This document shows, one piece after another, positions 13,649 to 26,353 of a stretch of DNA of 64,000 bases. This stretch comes from Batkoa obscura (taxonomy: Eukaryota). The notes beneath the pieces were generated by a model that was not told the origin of the DNA, did not search any database, and was given only the letters and a program-made list of their open reading frames with translations. Numbering within the stretch: position 1 is the stretch's first letter; each line of letters begins with the position of its first letter. Position numbers and translations under genes: made by a program. The stretch is taken from positions 1,426,001 to 1,490,000 of the forward strand of contig JASVEC010000002.1 of assembly GCA_030770535.1 (NCBI GenBank), written 5' to 3'.

Positions 13649-15344
13649 TTATTTTTCATGTCCCATAAAACAATTTAATAAAAAATCAAAATTATTATTA
13701 TTTGAATTATTCGAATTATTGTTATTTAAACTCATTAATGCTTTCCATATATGAATTGGGGTCAATAGACGGGGTTGATTTTTAATTGAGTTATTATTAT
13801 TTAAATTATTATTTAAATTATTATTTAAATTATTATTATTATTATTTAAATTTAATCTCATTGCTTGATTTAGATCAATAGCTGAATTATTTTTAGTATC
13901 TGTTTGTTGATCATATACATTAAGAGTATGGTTTAATAATTTAATTAAAAATAAACGAGTGGCCTAAAATAAAAATAAAAATAAAAATAAAATAATATTA
14001 ATAAAAAATGTCATCATAAAATAATAAAATAATAAAATAATAAACTTACTATAGCTAACATTGAGGGTACAATTTTCGGATTTAAATTAAATTTATTAAA
14101 TGTAGATAATTTTAATAATTTAACTTGTTCAATTATAAATTTCATTTCATTATCACTAACAAATGAAGGTACTTGTAATTTCTCTTCTCTATTTTTCTCT
14201 TTCCATAATTGAATAACTCTTTGATTTCCCAAATTAACTTCCATTTCCGACGGTTCATCATCAATGATAATTAAATCTTCTTCATCTTCATCTTCGTTTT
14301 CAACTTCATTATTTTTTACTTGAAATAACTGATCCCAACCCTTAGGTAATTGATTTAATAAACAATCACAATTTGATAACGAATTCACTTGTAATTCATT
14401 TACTTTTAAACATAATAAACAAAAATAATTTAAATTGACTTTCCCATAAATACCACAACATTTACAATATCCCTGATTAGCTAATCGATCTTTAATTGGT
14501 ATTAAACTTATACTTCCTTTATTTTCTAATTTAAGATCATATATTTTACACCAATTAATTAATTGTTTAATTGTTAATTGTTGGATTAATATATTGTTTT
14601 CTTCATTTTCTAATATTATGTTTTCTTTTTTTAAATTTTCATATAAATAATAACTTCTTAAATATTCACTACTTTTTCTTCTACCTTCTGTCCACTCATG
14701 ATAATAAACATTGGAATTAGGGGCTATTGTATATGGTAATTCCATATCTTGTTTTTTACATATAATTGGATGGTCTTTTAATAAATGTAATAGCATTTGA
14801 TGAATTGTTTTATTTATGCCAAAATCTAATAAATTATAAAAATAATTAATATATAAAATACATTTAAATATTATATTTAAATATTAATATATATAAGCTT
14901 ACCAGCTGGAATCCATTGTATTTCATTTTGTTGATTAATCGAATGAGTTTTGTTTTTTCCAATTTCCAATTTAGATAAGAACTTAGTATTTCTATCCAAT
15001 TCAATATCTAACATTCTTTCATCACCTAATTGTTGAATTCCAGTTAATTGATGGTCTAACTAAAATAAAAATTAATTATTAATTATTATTAATAAATAAA
15101 TAAATTTTAAGATTTTTATTAAATAATTAGGCTTACTTTTAATTGATGAATAAAATCCATAGGTTTATTTTTAGTATCATGAAAATGTAATTGAATTCTA
15201 ATAGGAAATTCCCCCCAGCCATAATTAGTTAAATGAAATGGCGGATTTAGTACTTCAATTACATCATTGGGTTTATAGCTTGGATGTAAATAAAATCGTA
15301 CTTTAGATATAAATCCAGATAAATCAGGATCCTAAATTAAAATA

Positions 15345-15375
<31 letters not shown>

Positions 15376-17414
15376 TATTATTATTAAACAAAAATTACAT
15401 AAGATGGACCAGAGATATAAATCATCCATTTAAAATAACTACTTTCTTCTTTTCTATTTTCTATTTTATAAATTAATACATTTAATATCTTATTATTATT
15501 TTTAATTATATTAAAGTTAATCTATTTTACCTGGTGGTAAATATTTAGATACATTTCCTACAATAATTCTTTTTTTGATATAAAATCTAGATGTATAATC
15601 CAACCCTAATTGAGCTGATAATGATGTATCTTGTCCATCTTTACAATTATTTGTTACTAAAAAAATATTATTGTTATACTGTTAATATGTTATCATAAAT
15701 ACCTCTTTCTTTTTCCAAATTTTGTTGATCTATTAATCGATTTTGTAGACTAGTATCTGTCCATGGAGTAGATTGAATTTCTATTGATTAATCAAAATAT
15801 TACTATGTTTTGTTACTTAATAAAAAATTAATTGAACTTACTTAACAACTCCACTCTATTATTTTTAAGTTCTTCTTTTTTAATGCTACTAACTTGTTTT
15901 ATTGTTTCTACTTTTTTTTCCAAATTTTGGATTTCATCTTCTTTTATTATCTTTTCTATTTTAACTTCTTTTTCTATTTTTTCTATTTTTTCTATTTTTT
16001 TTTCCTTTAAATAATATTGATCTTCTTCTTGATTTTCCTTACTAATTTCACTCACCTCGAGTTCCTTTTCTTCTTTTTTGCAACTTTCCTTTTCTTTTTC
16101 ATAATTCCCTTCTTCTTTTTTATAATTTCCCTCTTCTTTCTCTTTTCCCTCTTCTTTCTCTTTTCCCTCTTCTTTCTCTACCTTTGAATTAAAGTTCAAT
16201 GGTTGTCTAGCCAGCTTTTTACCACTTGGTTTCAATTGAACATCTTCATTTTTATTCGTTAATCTCTCTTTCAACGATGAAGCTAACGAATTAGTATTAG
16301 AATGATCACTTAAATTATCCTCTAAATTCACATCTTCCTCATAAACTTTAATTTTAGGCTGTAAAAAATAAAATAATTAATATATTATTAAATAAAAATA
16401 AGTTAATTATTAAGATACTATTCTACAATAATAATAATAAAGTTCCTTACCTTATCATCCAATAATTCTTTATTTAATCGTTGAAATTGTTTATATAATG
16501 TACTACCGCAGCCAAAGGCAATTTTTGATTTTAATGGATTAACCACTGGTTTAATATGTGTCCTTCGACATTTATGATCTAATGGTACTTCACTTTCTGG
16601 TACTTCAATACCACATGCAATAGCTGCTTCTTGATGTGTTGGAAAATCAATGTTATGTGAGATTCTACAATGATTAATAAACCCTTGATTACTACCAAAA
16701 TTAGAACGACCACATTCCGTACAGATTAATCTATTGAACAAAATTAAAAAAGATTAATAAGATTGTTCATTAGATGATTTGATTTTACATATAAAACAAA
16801 ACAATTTAAATTGAAACCCTATTAACTTACTTAACAAAAGTACCATCTTCTTTTTTAACATATAAAAAATTCGTTTTCATTTTATTTTTAAATGAATTCG
16901 ATTCTATAAACCCTTTTTGTCTCTTATTACTATTTTGTAATTGTGTATTTAATTCTTTTAAATCAGTGATATCTTTCTTATCACCTAAAGAAGCTTCAGC
17001 TATACAAATAAAGAAACATTAATTAAAAGTCAATTAGTTACTATTTTATAATATAGATGACTAGTTGGTATAAAAATAATTCAAATAAAGTATTCCTTAA
17101 TCCTTACCTTTTAGCCAATTTCCCAATAAATTTTCCACTTGTTTAGCTAAATCTAGTTCATTTTCAATAACTGCTAACTCCTTTTTTTTCATATATAATT
17201 CTAAATCTAATTGATGTTCTAATATAGAATAGACTTGCTTTTCTTTTTGTTTTATTAATTCCGGATTTAAGTTATACCGTTTTTTTTTCTTTCTACTTGA
17301 AGTAGTGGGCAAACTTTGATTGAGTTCAACTGATTCTATATTGTTTGTTGATTGTTCTATAGGCAATGGATTTATTTCGTTTATGTTGTTGTCATTATTG
17401 TTCATTTGATCCAT
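13649..17414 (-). CDS. YEATS2-like chromatin protein: N-terminal coiled coil, Ahc1-like C2H2 finger, YEATS domain, C-terminal histone-fold-like region; multi-exon
   Basis: Exons at 14.9-15.7 kb read [19 protein letters not shown] / KWMIYISGP / [39 protein letters not shown] (YEATS). Also [23 protein letters not shown] (C2H2) and a C-terminal [10 protein letters not shown]...FDFLLN. Confidence 0.85.
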
Positions 17415-17766
17415 TTTTCTTATCTATTAAAATATTTATATTTTGACTATTCACAAATTTCTTTGGTTTATAATACTTTTATAAAACTTGTTCTTTTTTT
17501 TAGGACTTTATATAAATCTTTAGCAATTTCTTATTTAATTCCTTTCTTTCTCTGCACCCTTTTCACTTAAAATTTTTTTTCAATAAACTCAAAAAAAATT
17601 CTCAAAATTCTATTTACTTCCTTATATAACAAATAAAGTAAGTTGAAATCAAATCCATTTTAATTGGTTACTTAAAACTAAGAAAAGTTCAAAAACTAAG
17701 CCTAGTTTAAAAATAAATTTCAACTTTTTTAACTCATTTCAACACTTCAACTCACAAAATAGAAGA

Positions 17767-18524
17767 ATGAGCTCACCACAAAAAATAGCTGAACCAGAGA
17801 CAAAAGAACTCAATTCGCCAAAGCCAACTAATGATGAGGAAATAGAAGTTAAAGATACTGTCAATGAAAATTCAACTTCCACCATGGATTCTTCTGCTTA
17901 TACTTTATTAGAAGACGATAGTTTATTACCTTGGAAAACATGTTGGGATAATAATTATCAATGCTATTATTATTGGAATACAGAAACAAATGAAACTAGT
18001 TATGAACTACCAATAATGAATAGAAATACAATAGATCCTACAGCTGCAGTAGCTGCTATTGCTGAAGAAACAGATTTAGGTAAGCTATATATATGTAAAA
18101 TAAATTTGATTAATTTCCATCTTTTGAATAATAATTAAACTAATTTTTTTGACTTATAGCTACTCAATCAGCGATTAACTCTATTGAATATAACTACTAT
18201 CTTTCACAAGAAAACCCAAATCACCCATCCTTATCTACTTCTTCGCAATATGTTGCTACCGCTCACTTTAATTCCAAATCAGGGAAATTCCAACCGGATC
18301 CAAGTTTACAACCAGAAAATTTTTCATATGAAAATAAATCTTTAAGACAATGTTCCGCTTTCTTTGATTATAATGGGTTTATGCAACAAAGAGGAGCTGA
18401 ATTACAAGGTCAAATGTTGAGTGGGAAGAAAACAAAAATGACAAAGAAAATTGTGGATAAATTGAAGGAAAGGAGGAAGGAAAAAAAATTGGCAGCTAAG
18501 AAAAAATGGCTGTTGGAGGATTGA
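17767..18524 (+). CDS. WW-domain-containing protein with basic C-terminus; 2 exons
   Basis: WW motif WKTCWDNNYQCYYYWNTETNETSYELP. After the intron (~18081-18159), exon 2 reads YVATAHFNSKSGKFQ...RQCSAFFDY...KKKWLLED*. Confidence 0.8.
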
Positions 18525-19031
18525 ACAGAAATGATGGATGGGAGCAAGGGAAGCATAGTAGTAAATGGAGATGTCATATTTTTTTGAAAGTAAAGATTCA
18601 TATTTTTTTGATTGTAAGTTATACGTTAAATTATAGCTTTTTTTGTTAGTTTCTTTTAGATACTTGTTTTTTGATAGTGTTGAAAGGTTCGTATTTTTTC
18701 ACAGCTGAGATTTTGTTATTCTATTTATTTAGTAACTGATATTAAGAAAATAAAAGATTAATTAATGGTAACCAATTTTGATTTTATGATGTTTAAAATA
18801 AAATAATTAGTATAATTCTACTTGATTTCTTTTGATAAAGAAACCACCGATAGAATTCAACGTTTATAAATATTAATAAAATGAATTTTTTAAATAATAG
18901 AAATAAAGTAAAGAACTTATTCAACATAACATGAACTCATAAATAATAAAATAGTAACAATTATTTATATAAATAAAACAGTTTCAATTTATTCCAATTT
19001 TAATAAAAGGTAAAATATACTTTCAATTCAA

Positions 19032-20971
19032 TTATTCGTTTCTAGGTTCCTTATCAAAAGAAAATTTCTTTCCATCGGCTCTACCAGTAAAATTAACTAA
19101 AGCAGCAGCCAATACCCATCTTACACCACTCATAGTATGATTAACTAATTTACCTAAGAAAGAGCTAGTAGGTTCATTAGAATACAAATAACTTGTAAAA
19201 TTTAATGGTAATGCTTGTTCTAATTGAGCTGGTGGATAACGTAAAGTTAACAAGGGTTCTAAACTACGATATTTGGTAGATTGGTACATAGCTCTTTTAT
19301 GTGAAAACTCTTTAAAACTATGGATACCATGGTAACTGCCCATACCACTTTCTCCAATTCCACCGAAAGGTAAGCTGGGGACTAATTAAATAAAATAAGC
19401 TAGTTAAAATGTGTAGTGATAGAGTACAATAATTAATTACCTAAGAAATGAGCTAAAATATCATTAATTGAAACACCACCTGAAGAGATATTATTTAATA
19501 TATTATCAATATATTTTTGATCATCTGAAAAGATATATAGTGCTAATGGTTTATCTCTAAAATTAAATATAAGAATTGTTCTATAATGATAATAATTTAT
19601 AAATACTTACTTTGTTTTTAAGTAATCGATACAACTTTGTACATTAGGCATTTCAATAATAGGTAAAATTGGACCAAAAATTTCTTCATTCATTAAAGGA
19701 GCTTCGTTAATATCTAAATCTACAACTACAGTAGGTTCAAAGTATCTTTCTTCGACATCATAATTACCCCCATAAACAATTTTACCATGGGATTTAGGAG
19801 AGTTTTGATTGGGTAATAATTTAGCAATTCTTTCTACATGTCTTGATAATACAATCTTTGGATAATCGGGATTATTTTTAGTTTCAATACCATAGAAATT
19901 GGTGATTTCTTCTTGAATTAACTTAACAAATTTCTCTTTAATACTTGGATGAATGAAACAATAATCTACTGTAATACAAATTTGACCTGCATTCATCAAT
20001 TTACCCCATACGATACGACGTGCAGCAATACGTAAATCAGCTGTTTTTTCATCAATAAATACAGGTGATTTACCACCTAATTCTAATGCCACCGGTGTCA
20101 AATGCTTAGAGGCTGCTTCCATAACAATACGTGCAACAGTACTAATAAACAAATAAATAAAATTATAATACCATCTATTTTCATTACCTATTTCCAGTAT
20201 ATAAAATAAAATCCCATTTGAACTTCAAAATAGTAGTAGTAATTTCTTTAGCACCTGATAATACAGCATAACAATCACTATCTAAAGCTTCTTCTAATAT
20301 TAATTTAATAATAGCAGCTGAATTGGGTGCTAATTCAGATGGTTTAATAACACATGCATTGCCAGCTGCAATTGCACCAATTAACGGAGCTAAAGTTAAT
20401 ACAATCGGGAAATTCCATGGTGCTATATTTAACCATAAACCATAGGGTTCATATAAAATTTTAGCGGTATCAAAAGCATTTCCTAAAAGAAACAGAAAAA
20501 GAAAAAGAAAGAATTATTATTTAATCTTATTTACACCTAATATTTAACTTACCAATTGGAGTTTTAACTACTTCAGGTTCAGCCCATTCATCTAAATTTT
20601 CTAGATAATCGGTAATTTCTTGAATCACACTAGCTACTTCTAAAGCAGCTTCATTACGCGATTTAAAATCTCGAACTAATGCTTCAATAATCATACTATA
20701 TCTTTCTTTAACCACGGATAATAATGCAAGTAACTGTTGTCTACGATAACTCATTGGTCGAGTTTTACCATTGCGCCAGTTGGCAAGTAATTTGGTGTGG
20801 ACCTAAAGAGTAATGAAGAAGTTAGTTTATGTGGAAAGGGATAAAAGGGAAAGTTGCCTTTTCTACTTGACCATCAGTATCTTCAATATAAGTTGGTAAT
20901 TCAGCTTCACTCATATCTAAGACATGACGTACCACTCCATTAGGGTATTTTTGAGTTTGTGTAGCTCCCAT
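19032..20971 (-). CDS. Aldehyde dehydrogenase, ALDH3/fatty aldehyde dehydrogenase (Hfd1-like); multi-exon
   Basis: Motifs [29 protein letters not shown] (catalytic Cys), [24 protein letters not shown]. Confidence 0.93.
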
Positions 20972-22955
20972 GTTTTTAATTTGGTATTTTTTAATTGTTA
21001 TTTTTTGAGAAATAAATCTTTGAATTGGGATTATGTTTAAGTATTTATACTTAATTATTACTTGTTCCAAATTCTTTTTCAAAACTCGTTTCATTATCGT
21101 ATGTGTAGAATCAATTTATTATTCAAACTTGTTTTTACTTTTAAGCTTGTTTTTATTCTTTTTTTTTAAAAACAATAGTTCCAGGGCTTTATGTTTTATT
21201 ACTCTAAAATGAAATGATTAAGGTAGTATAGCATTAGGACGATATAAAGTGGAAGAGTGGATAAAGTTTACTTAGTTTTTTATTCTCTTTAAATTATGGT
21301 GTTTTCCACCTTTTAAAACTTGATCAATTTTTTTTGGTGGTATTGGAATTGAGCTTACTACAAAATGCTAGTTTAATTACCTTTTATAGTAAATCCTTGT
21401 CAGGGAGTTTGATTCCTTGTTCTTTTATTCATTTTTCCGAGGTTAAATTGCAATACCGTATTTTTGAACTGTAGCTCCTATTTAGTAAAATTTTCCAATC
21501 AAAAAACTAGAGTCATTTTTTGTTGAAAGCCACAATGGCAATAGGTTCAGTTTCAATCTGCCAATAAACAGGTTATAGTTAGGTGGCATTCGTTATTTTT
21601 AATTTGAGACAAGCATTCTTAGTATGAAATCAACTTAGTAGGTTTTACATATCATTTAGATTACATTAAAAAAATTTAACTACAAATTAAATAACAAAAA
21701 ACATTTAGCTATAATCTGCTTCAAGATCAGATAAATTAATAAATTAAATTTTTTGATTAGCATTTTGTAAAGCATGGATTAAAAAGTTCCTATAGCTATA
21801 TAAAACAAGGGCGGTAAATCCTTAAGCTACGGTAATCTTAGTAAATTTAATTAAAGTAACAATGATTAAAGTTATAAATTGCAGATCCCCATTTCTTAAA
21901 ATACCAATATTAAACTAAGTATTTAACTCCACTTTAATGTGTCTTCTGGTTTAAAGTTCTAATTATTGAGCTCTCTTGTTTATTCTTTTATCTTCATTTA
22001 CTATAGCTAATTCAGTGTTGAAAAATTAAAAATTAGCAATTTCTATTAAAAACTGGATTAATTTTCGGATAGGTAATCGGCTTTTTGTTTAATTTTTGTT
22101 GTTTTAGATCAATTTTTACTGCTTTTAGTTCATTTGGTGATATAGTTGGTATTATAGTTAAGTTAGATGTAAAGGGTGGGAAATGATGATAACTAGAAGT
22201 TTGAAGTGGAAAAAATAAAGAAATAAAATGGGAAAGTTTCGTAGTGTGATCTGATGGCAGTTTTAAATCTAGTTTGAGGTTGTATGCTCAATTGTGTTTT
22301 TTTTATGAATAGATAAGATAGTTTGAGATTTTATGAGCATTTTTAAAAATACTTGGATAAATTTAAAGATTTCAAGACCTAAATGGAAAATGGGCTTACT
22401 GAAGGAATTTTATAAGTATTTTTGTGTTGGAATAATAAATAGCTGGAATTAAAATAACATACTATAATTTACTTAGAATAAATAAGATATTTTATGTTAC
22501 TCAAAAATAACGAATTTGATGTTCTTTTATTTAACTTACTTCACAGTCACTAGAATTAGATTAGCTACAAATTCAATAATAGTAGCTATTTATTTCATTC
22601 TAGATTTAAGTTATAATTTATAATACATTAGTCTGCTAATTATCAACGTCAATATTATATCTCAATATTTACTTAATGTTTTATTTTTGATTATTATAAC
22701 CTTTTCTTTAAAACTTATTGAACTTTATTTAGTGAAAATTAGAATTATCAAGTTGATATAAAAATTGGAAATTAAAAAGTTATTGAATAAAGTAATTATT
22801 ATAATCAATTTAAAACTATATACAAAGACTACTTAAGCATTTGAAATTTCAATTATTAATTTTCATATTTAATTGTTAATTTGTTTTCAAAAGATATTAA
22901 TAATAAATAAAAAAGTAAAAATTTATTTGAATAATATATTTGAATAATAAACTAC

Positions 22956-24227
22956 TTAGGCATAGGCAGTGACTTTCTCATTTTCAACATCATAATAATG
23001 TAAGTCTTTAAGTTTGTATTGTTTAACTAACTCAATATAATCTTTGAATAAGAAATGGGTATCCATAGGTCCCCCTTTAGCTTCTGGATGAAATTGAACT
23101 GAAGAAATAGGTTTGAATTGATGTTTAATACCTTCATTTGAATGATCATTAGCATTAGTAAAATATTTTAACCAATTATTAGGTAAAACTGTATCATTTA
23201 AAGCATAGCCATGATTTTGACTAGTAATAAAACAACGATTAGTTAGCAAATTAATTGCTGGTTGATTATGTCCTCGATTTCCAAATTTCATTTTGTAAAC
23301 ATCTAATCCAATACTCTTTCCTAACACTTGATTTCCCATACAAATACCAAAGATAGGTTTATTAAAGTTCTCAACTAAATACGACATATTTGAGATTAAC
23401 TCTTGACAATAATTGGGGTTTCCAGGTCCATTACTTAAAAATAAGCCATCAAAGTCATGAATACTTTTACCTTCAATTTTGTTATTTATAATATCATAAT
23501 TCCAAGGTAATACAGTTAATTTAATATCTTCACTTTGACCTAATAATGATCTTAAGATATTATTTTTAATACCACAATCAATAACTGCAATGTTAATTTT
23601 TCCTTTTCCAACTGTATATACTTTTTTAGTAGATACTTCATCGACTAAATTTCTTAAATTAGGATCTTTATATTCGCTTTCTTTCTCTTTATCAAATTGC
23701 ATGGAAGCTAATGTAGACCCTTGATCCCTGAGTAATTTAACAACCATTCTAGTATCTACATTAGAAATAGCAGGTACGTTATTACGCTTACACCAAGCAC
23801 CCAAAGATTCAATGGCATTCCAATGGGAATATTGAGTAGCATAATCATTCACAATTATACCTTCTACTTGTATCTTTTCTGATTCATAATATTTTAGTAA
23901 ATTAAATTCATCTCGGGTGGTGTTAGGGGCTCCATAATTACCAATTAAAGGTTGAGTGAAGACTAATATTTGACCACGAAAAGAAGGGTCTGTCATCGAT
24001 TCTGGATAACCTACAGTAGAGGTAGTAAAGACTGCTTCACCACTACATTCTTTTTCAGCACCAAAGGATAAACCTTTGAATAATTGACCAGATTTTAATT
24101 TTAAATATTGAACCTGAGTGGAGTCGATTACTTCTGGTGAAGAGTAATAACCTTCTTTAACAGTAGCAAAAGATCTAAATAATGAACGATTGGATTTTAA
24201 GTGAGCTAAAACGAATTTGGTTAACAT
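22956..24227 (-). CDS. CPA1: Carbamoyl-phosphate synthase small (glutaminase) subunit, arginine-specific, with mitochondrial presequence
   Basis: Motifs GYPESMTDPSFRGQILVFTQPLIGNYG, SNGPG, GICMG, TSQNHGY, QFHPE. The true start is likely ATG 24227 (MLTKFVLAHLKSNRSLFRSFAT); the ORF track start at 24296 is a TTG. Confidence 0.96.
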   Translation of the reverse strand: MLTKFVLAHLKSNRSLFRSFATVKEGYYSSPEVIDSTQVQYLKLKSGQLFKGLSFGAEKECSGEAVFTTSTVGYPESMTDPSFRGQILVFTQPLIGNYGAPNTTRDEFNLLKYYESEKIQVEGIIVNDYATQYSHWNAIESLGAWCKRNNVPAISNVDTRMVVKLLRDQGSTLASMQFDKEKESEYKDPNLRNLVDEVSTKKVYTVGKGKINIAVIDCGIKNNILRSLLGQSEDIKLTVLPWNYDIINNKIEGKSIHDFDGLFLSNGPGNPNYCQELISNMSYLVENFNKPIFGICMGNQVLGKSIGLDVYKMKFGNRGHNQPAINLLTNRCFITSQNHGYALNDTVLPNNWLKYFTNANDHSNEGIKHQFKPISSVQFHPEAKGGPMDTHFLFKDYIELVKQYKLKDLHYYDVENEKVTAYA

Positions 24228-24312
24228 TATTATTGTAGGTCTGTGGTAAAGATTTCCAAACTTGATCTGAGATATAGTCACTTGAGTTCTTTTCAAAGGA
24301 GTGGCAATACAT
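24175..24312 (-). CDS. Arginine attenuator peptide (AAP) uORF, 45 aa, overlapping the CPA1 start out of frame
   Basis: Manual translation gives MYCHSFEKNSSDYISDQVWKSLPQTYNNNVNQIRFSSLKIQSFII*. The DYISDQVWK core matches yeast CPA1 AAP (DYISDHIWK) and Neurospora arg-2 AAP (DYLSDHLWR). Confidence 0.92.
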   Translation of the reverse strand: MYCHSFEKNSSDYISDQVWKSLPQTYNNNVNQIRFSSLKIQSFII

Positions 24313-24640
24313 GAACTATCTAGTTCAATTAAGTTGTTTTTTTTAAAACTATTATAATAGCAATCTTGAGGGCTTATATACTTTTATTTTTATTACTCAT
24401 TTTTTTAATAATTTTATTCTTTTCTCTTATGGATGAATATTCATGCTATCTTTAATAGTTTAAGGTTTGGGCAGGAGTTTATCGTAGTAAGAGTAACAAA
24501 CATTATTTATGCAGACTTAAAATGAGCTAAAGTTTGACCAAACTGTAAAAAAGAATTCTTAATCTTAGCCAGAATAATTGCCCAAAAGATTAAAATCAAG
24601 GGTTAATTTAATTTTAATTTCATACTTAACATGATTTTAG

Positions 24641-24649
24641 ATGACTCAT
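24641..24649. promoter_or_regulatory. Gcn4/CPC-1 (general amino acid control) binding site upstream of CPA1
   Basis: Perfect ATGACTCAT about 330 bp upstream of the AAP uORF of an arginine biosynthesis gene. Confidence 0.7.
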
Positions 24650-25558
24650 ATTGAATATTAAAATAAAATAAGGTTAACTATTTTATAAAACTTATTGTTG
24701 TGTTGTATTCAAATTAATACAAGTAATTATTAAGGATTTGCATTTAAGTGTAGTATTATTATTTATTATTCGGTGTTTTAGTCTTTATTACAATACTAAA
24801 AATGCTTATTTTTCATTACGTTATTTCTCTAATTACTTTGAATATGTCATATTGCCAAGCTTCTATTCTATATTTTTAAGTGGTAAAAAAGCTAATTAAA
24901 TTTTCTTATTAAAGGTGGAAAGTTACTTTTACAACAATAATTAAAATAAGTTGAAACTTAGATACTTTCTATTTATTATCTGTAATGGATCGAGACCTCG
25001 ATATTTAAGAAAACATACTGTTTTATAGAGCATACTCTTATAATACAAATATAATATTGAAAATAGTATCCACATTTGAATAACAGTCAATGCTTTAGAA
25101 TATTAACTAATCTCATCAGCATAACTATATTTTTTAAAATATGATTTTACTTTTTACCATGGAATTTTAATATTTTATATGAATTGGTCATATTGATGAA
25201 AGTTATCTTTTTAAAAAAGGGGAATGAATCTAAGAATCAAAACATTCCATAACATAGGCTAATGCTCCTATAAAAGCTATAAACATAATAAAGAATTGAT
25301 AACTAACATTTGAATAGTAAGTTTATTTAATAATGGTTTAGATAATAGTTTAATTTAAATTTACTATTACAATCTATTTTTATACAACCTCTTATATAGT
25401 TTCTTTTTACTAAAATCTTCAGAAGTTCCCAATTGCAATAGTAGCTATTATTTTTTATTGAGAAACTAAACTATTTTCACTATAAGTTTTTATATACAGC
25501 AATTCTACACCCTTACCACTGGCCTTACTAAAGAATATTAGCTAGCTAGAAAAAGATT

Positions 25559-25659
25559 AAATGGGGATGCGTTTTTTCGATTAAGAGTTTACTAAAATCT
25601 TTGCACTTAAATAGTGCTTAAATAGAAAAACAATGAAACCAAAAAAAACAGCCTCAAAT
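25559..25659 (+). mobile_element. MITE copy (degenerate)
   Basis: ATGGGGATGCGTTTTT...AATAGTGCTTAA...GAAACCAAAAAAAACAGCC matches the ~105-bp family consensus. Confidence 0.75.
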
Positions 25660-25957
25660 GCACGTTTAAGCTTGTGAACAATTATCAAGAATTGGGCTAT
25701 AAAAAATAAAAAATGTTTTAATATTTTAATCAAATCAAATAAAAAAATACTTATTAATATAAATAAAGCTGAAAACCAGGGATATTTTGCACATATAATA
25801 GCTTATTATATAACTTATGAATATTTAATAAAGAACTAACTATTTTTTAGTTTGTTACTTTTTTTATTCCTAGTCAATTTAAAATAAAAATATTTGATGG
25901 TTATGTTAATTGTATATTTTGATACTCTGTTATGATAAGTTTATTTTTTAAGATATT

Positions 25958-26063
25958 ATACGGGGGTGTTTTTTTGACTTTATTATTTTTTCCCCCTTTT
26001 AAGCGCTATTTGAGTGGAAAAATTGTTAGTAAAATTGTTAAACCCAAAAATACATCCCCATAT
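25958..26063 (-). mobile_element. MITE copy
   Basis: TACGGGGGTGTTTTTTT...AAAAATACATCCCCATA; terminal inverted repeats and TA flanks. Confidence 0.9.
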
Positions 26064-26353
26064 ATTATTGATTTAACTTTACTTATATTATATACTAAAT
26101 TTTATAAATTTTTGTACTGACGAGTTTTTAAAATTTTGATTGGTACAAAAATTCTAATAGTTTATCATTATAATAAGCTAATGTATGTGCAAGATAACTT
26201 TCTGTTTGGCTTTATTTATATTACTAAATGTTTTTTTATTAATAATTTAATTTTTATTTAATTTTAAAATATTTAAAATATAATTTTTACTTTTTATAAT
26301 TAATTATAAGCTCAAAACACACTATGAAATTTAAAAAAGGTTTTGAGCATTTT

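Noticed and set aside
15345..15385. (TTA)n run, and poly-Asn tracts in the kinase and YEATS genes
   Set aside because: Ordinary microsatellites in an AT-rich genome.
24228..24296. N-terminal extension of CPA1 in the ORF track (MKRTQVTISQ...)
   Set aside because: It begins at TTG and is the alternative frame of the AAP uORF; the ATG at 24227 gives a normal mitochondrial presequence.
25932..26120. Short ORFs with similar peptides (25932..26120 and 35347..35574) that look like a gene family
   Set aside because: The shared peptide is just translation through MITE copies.
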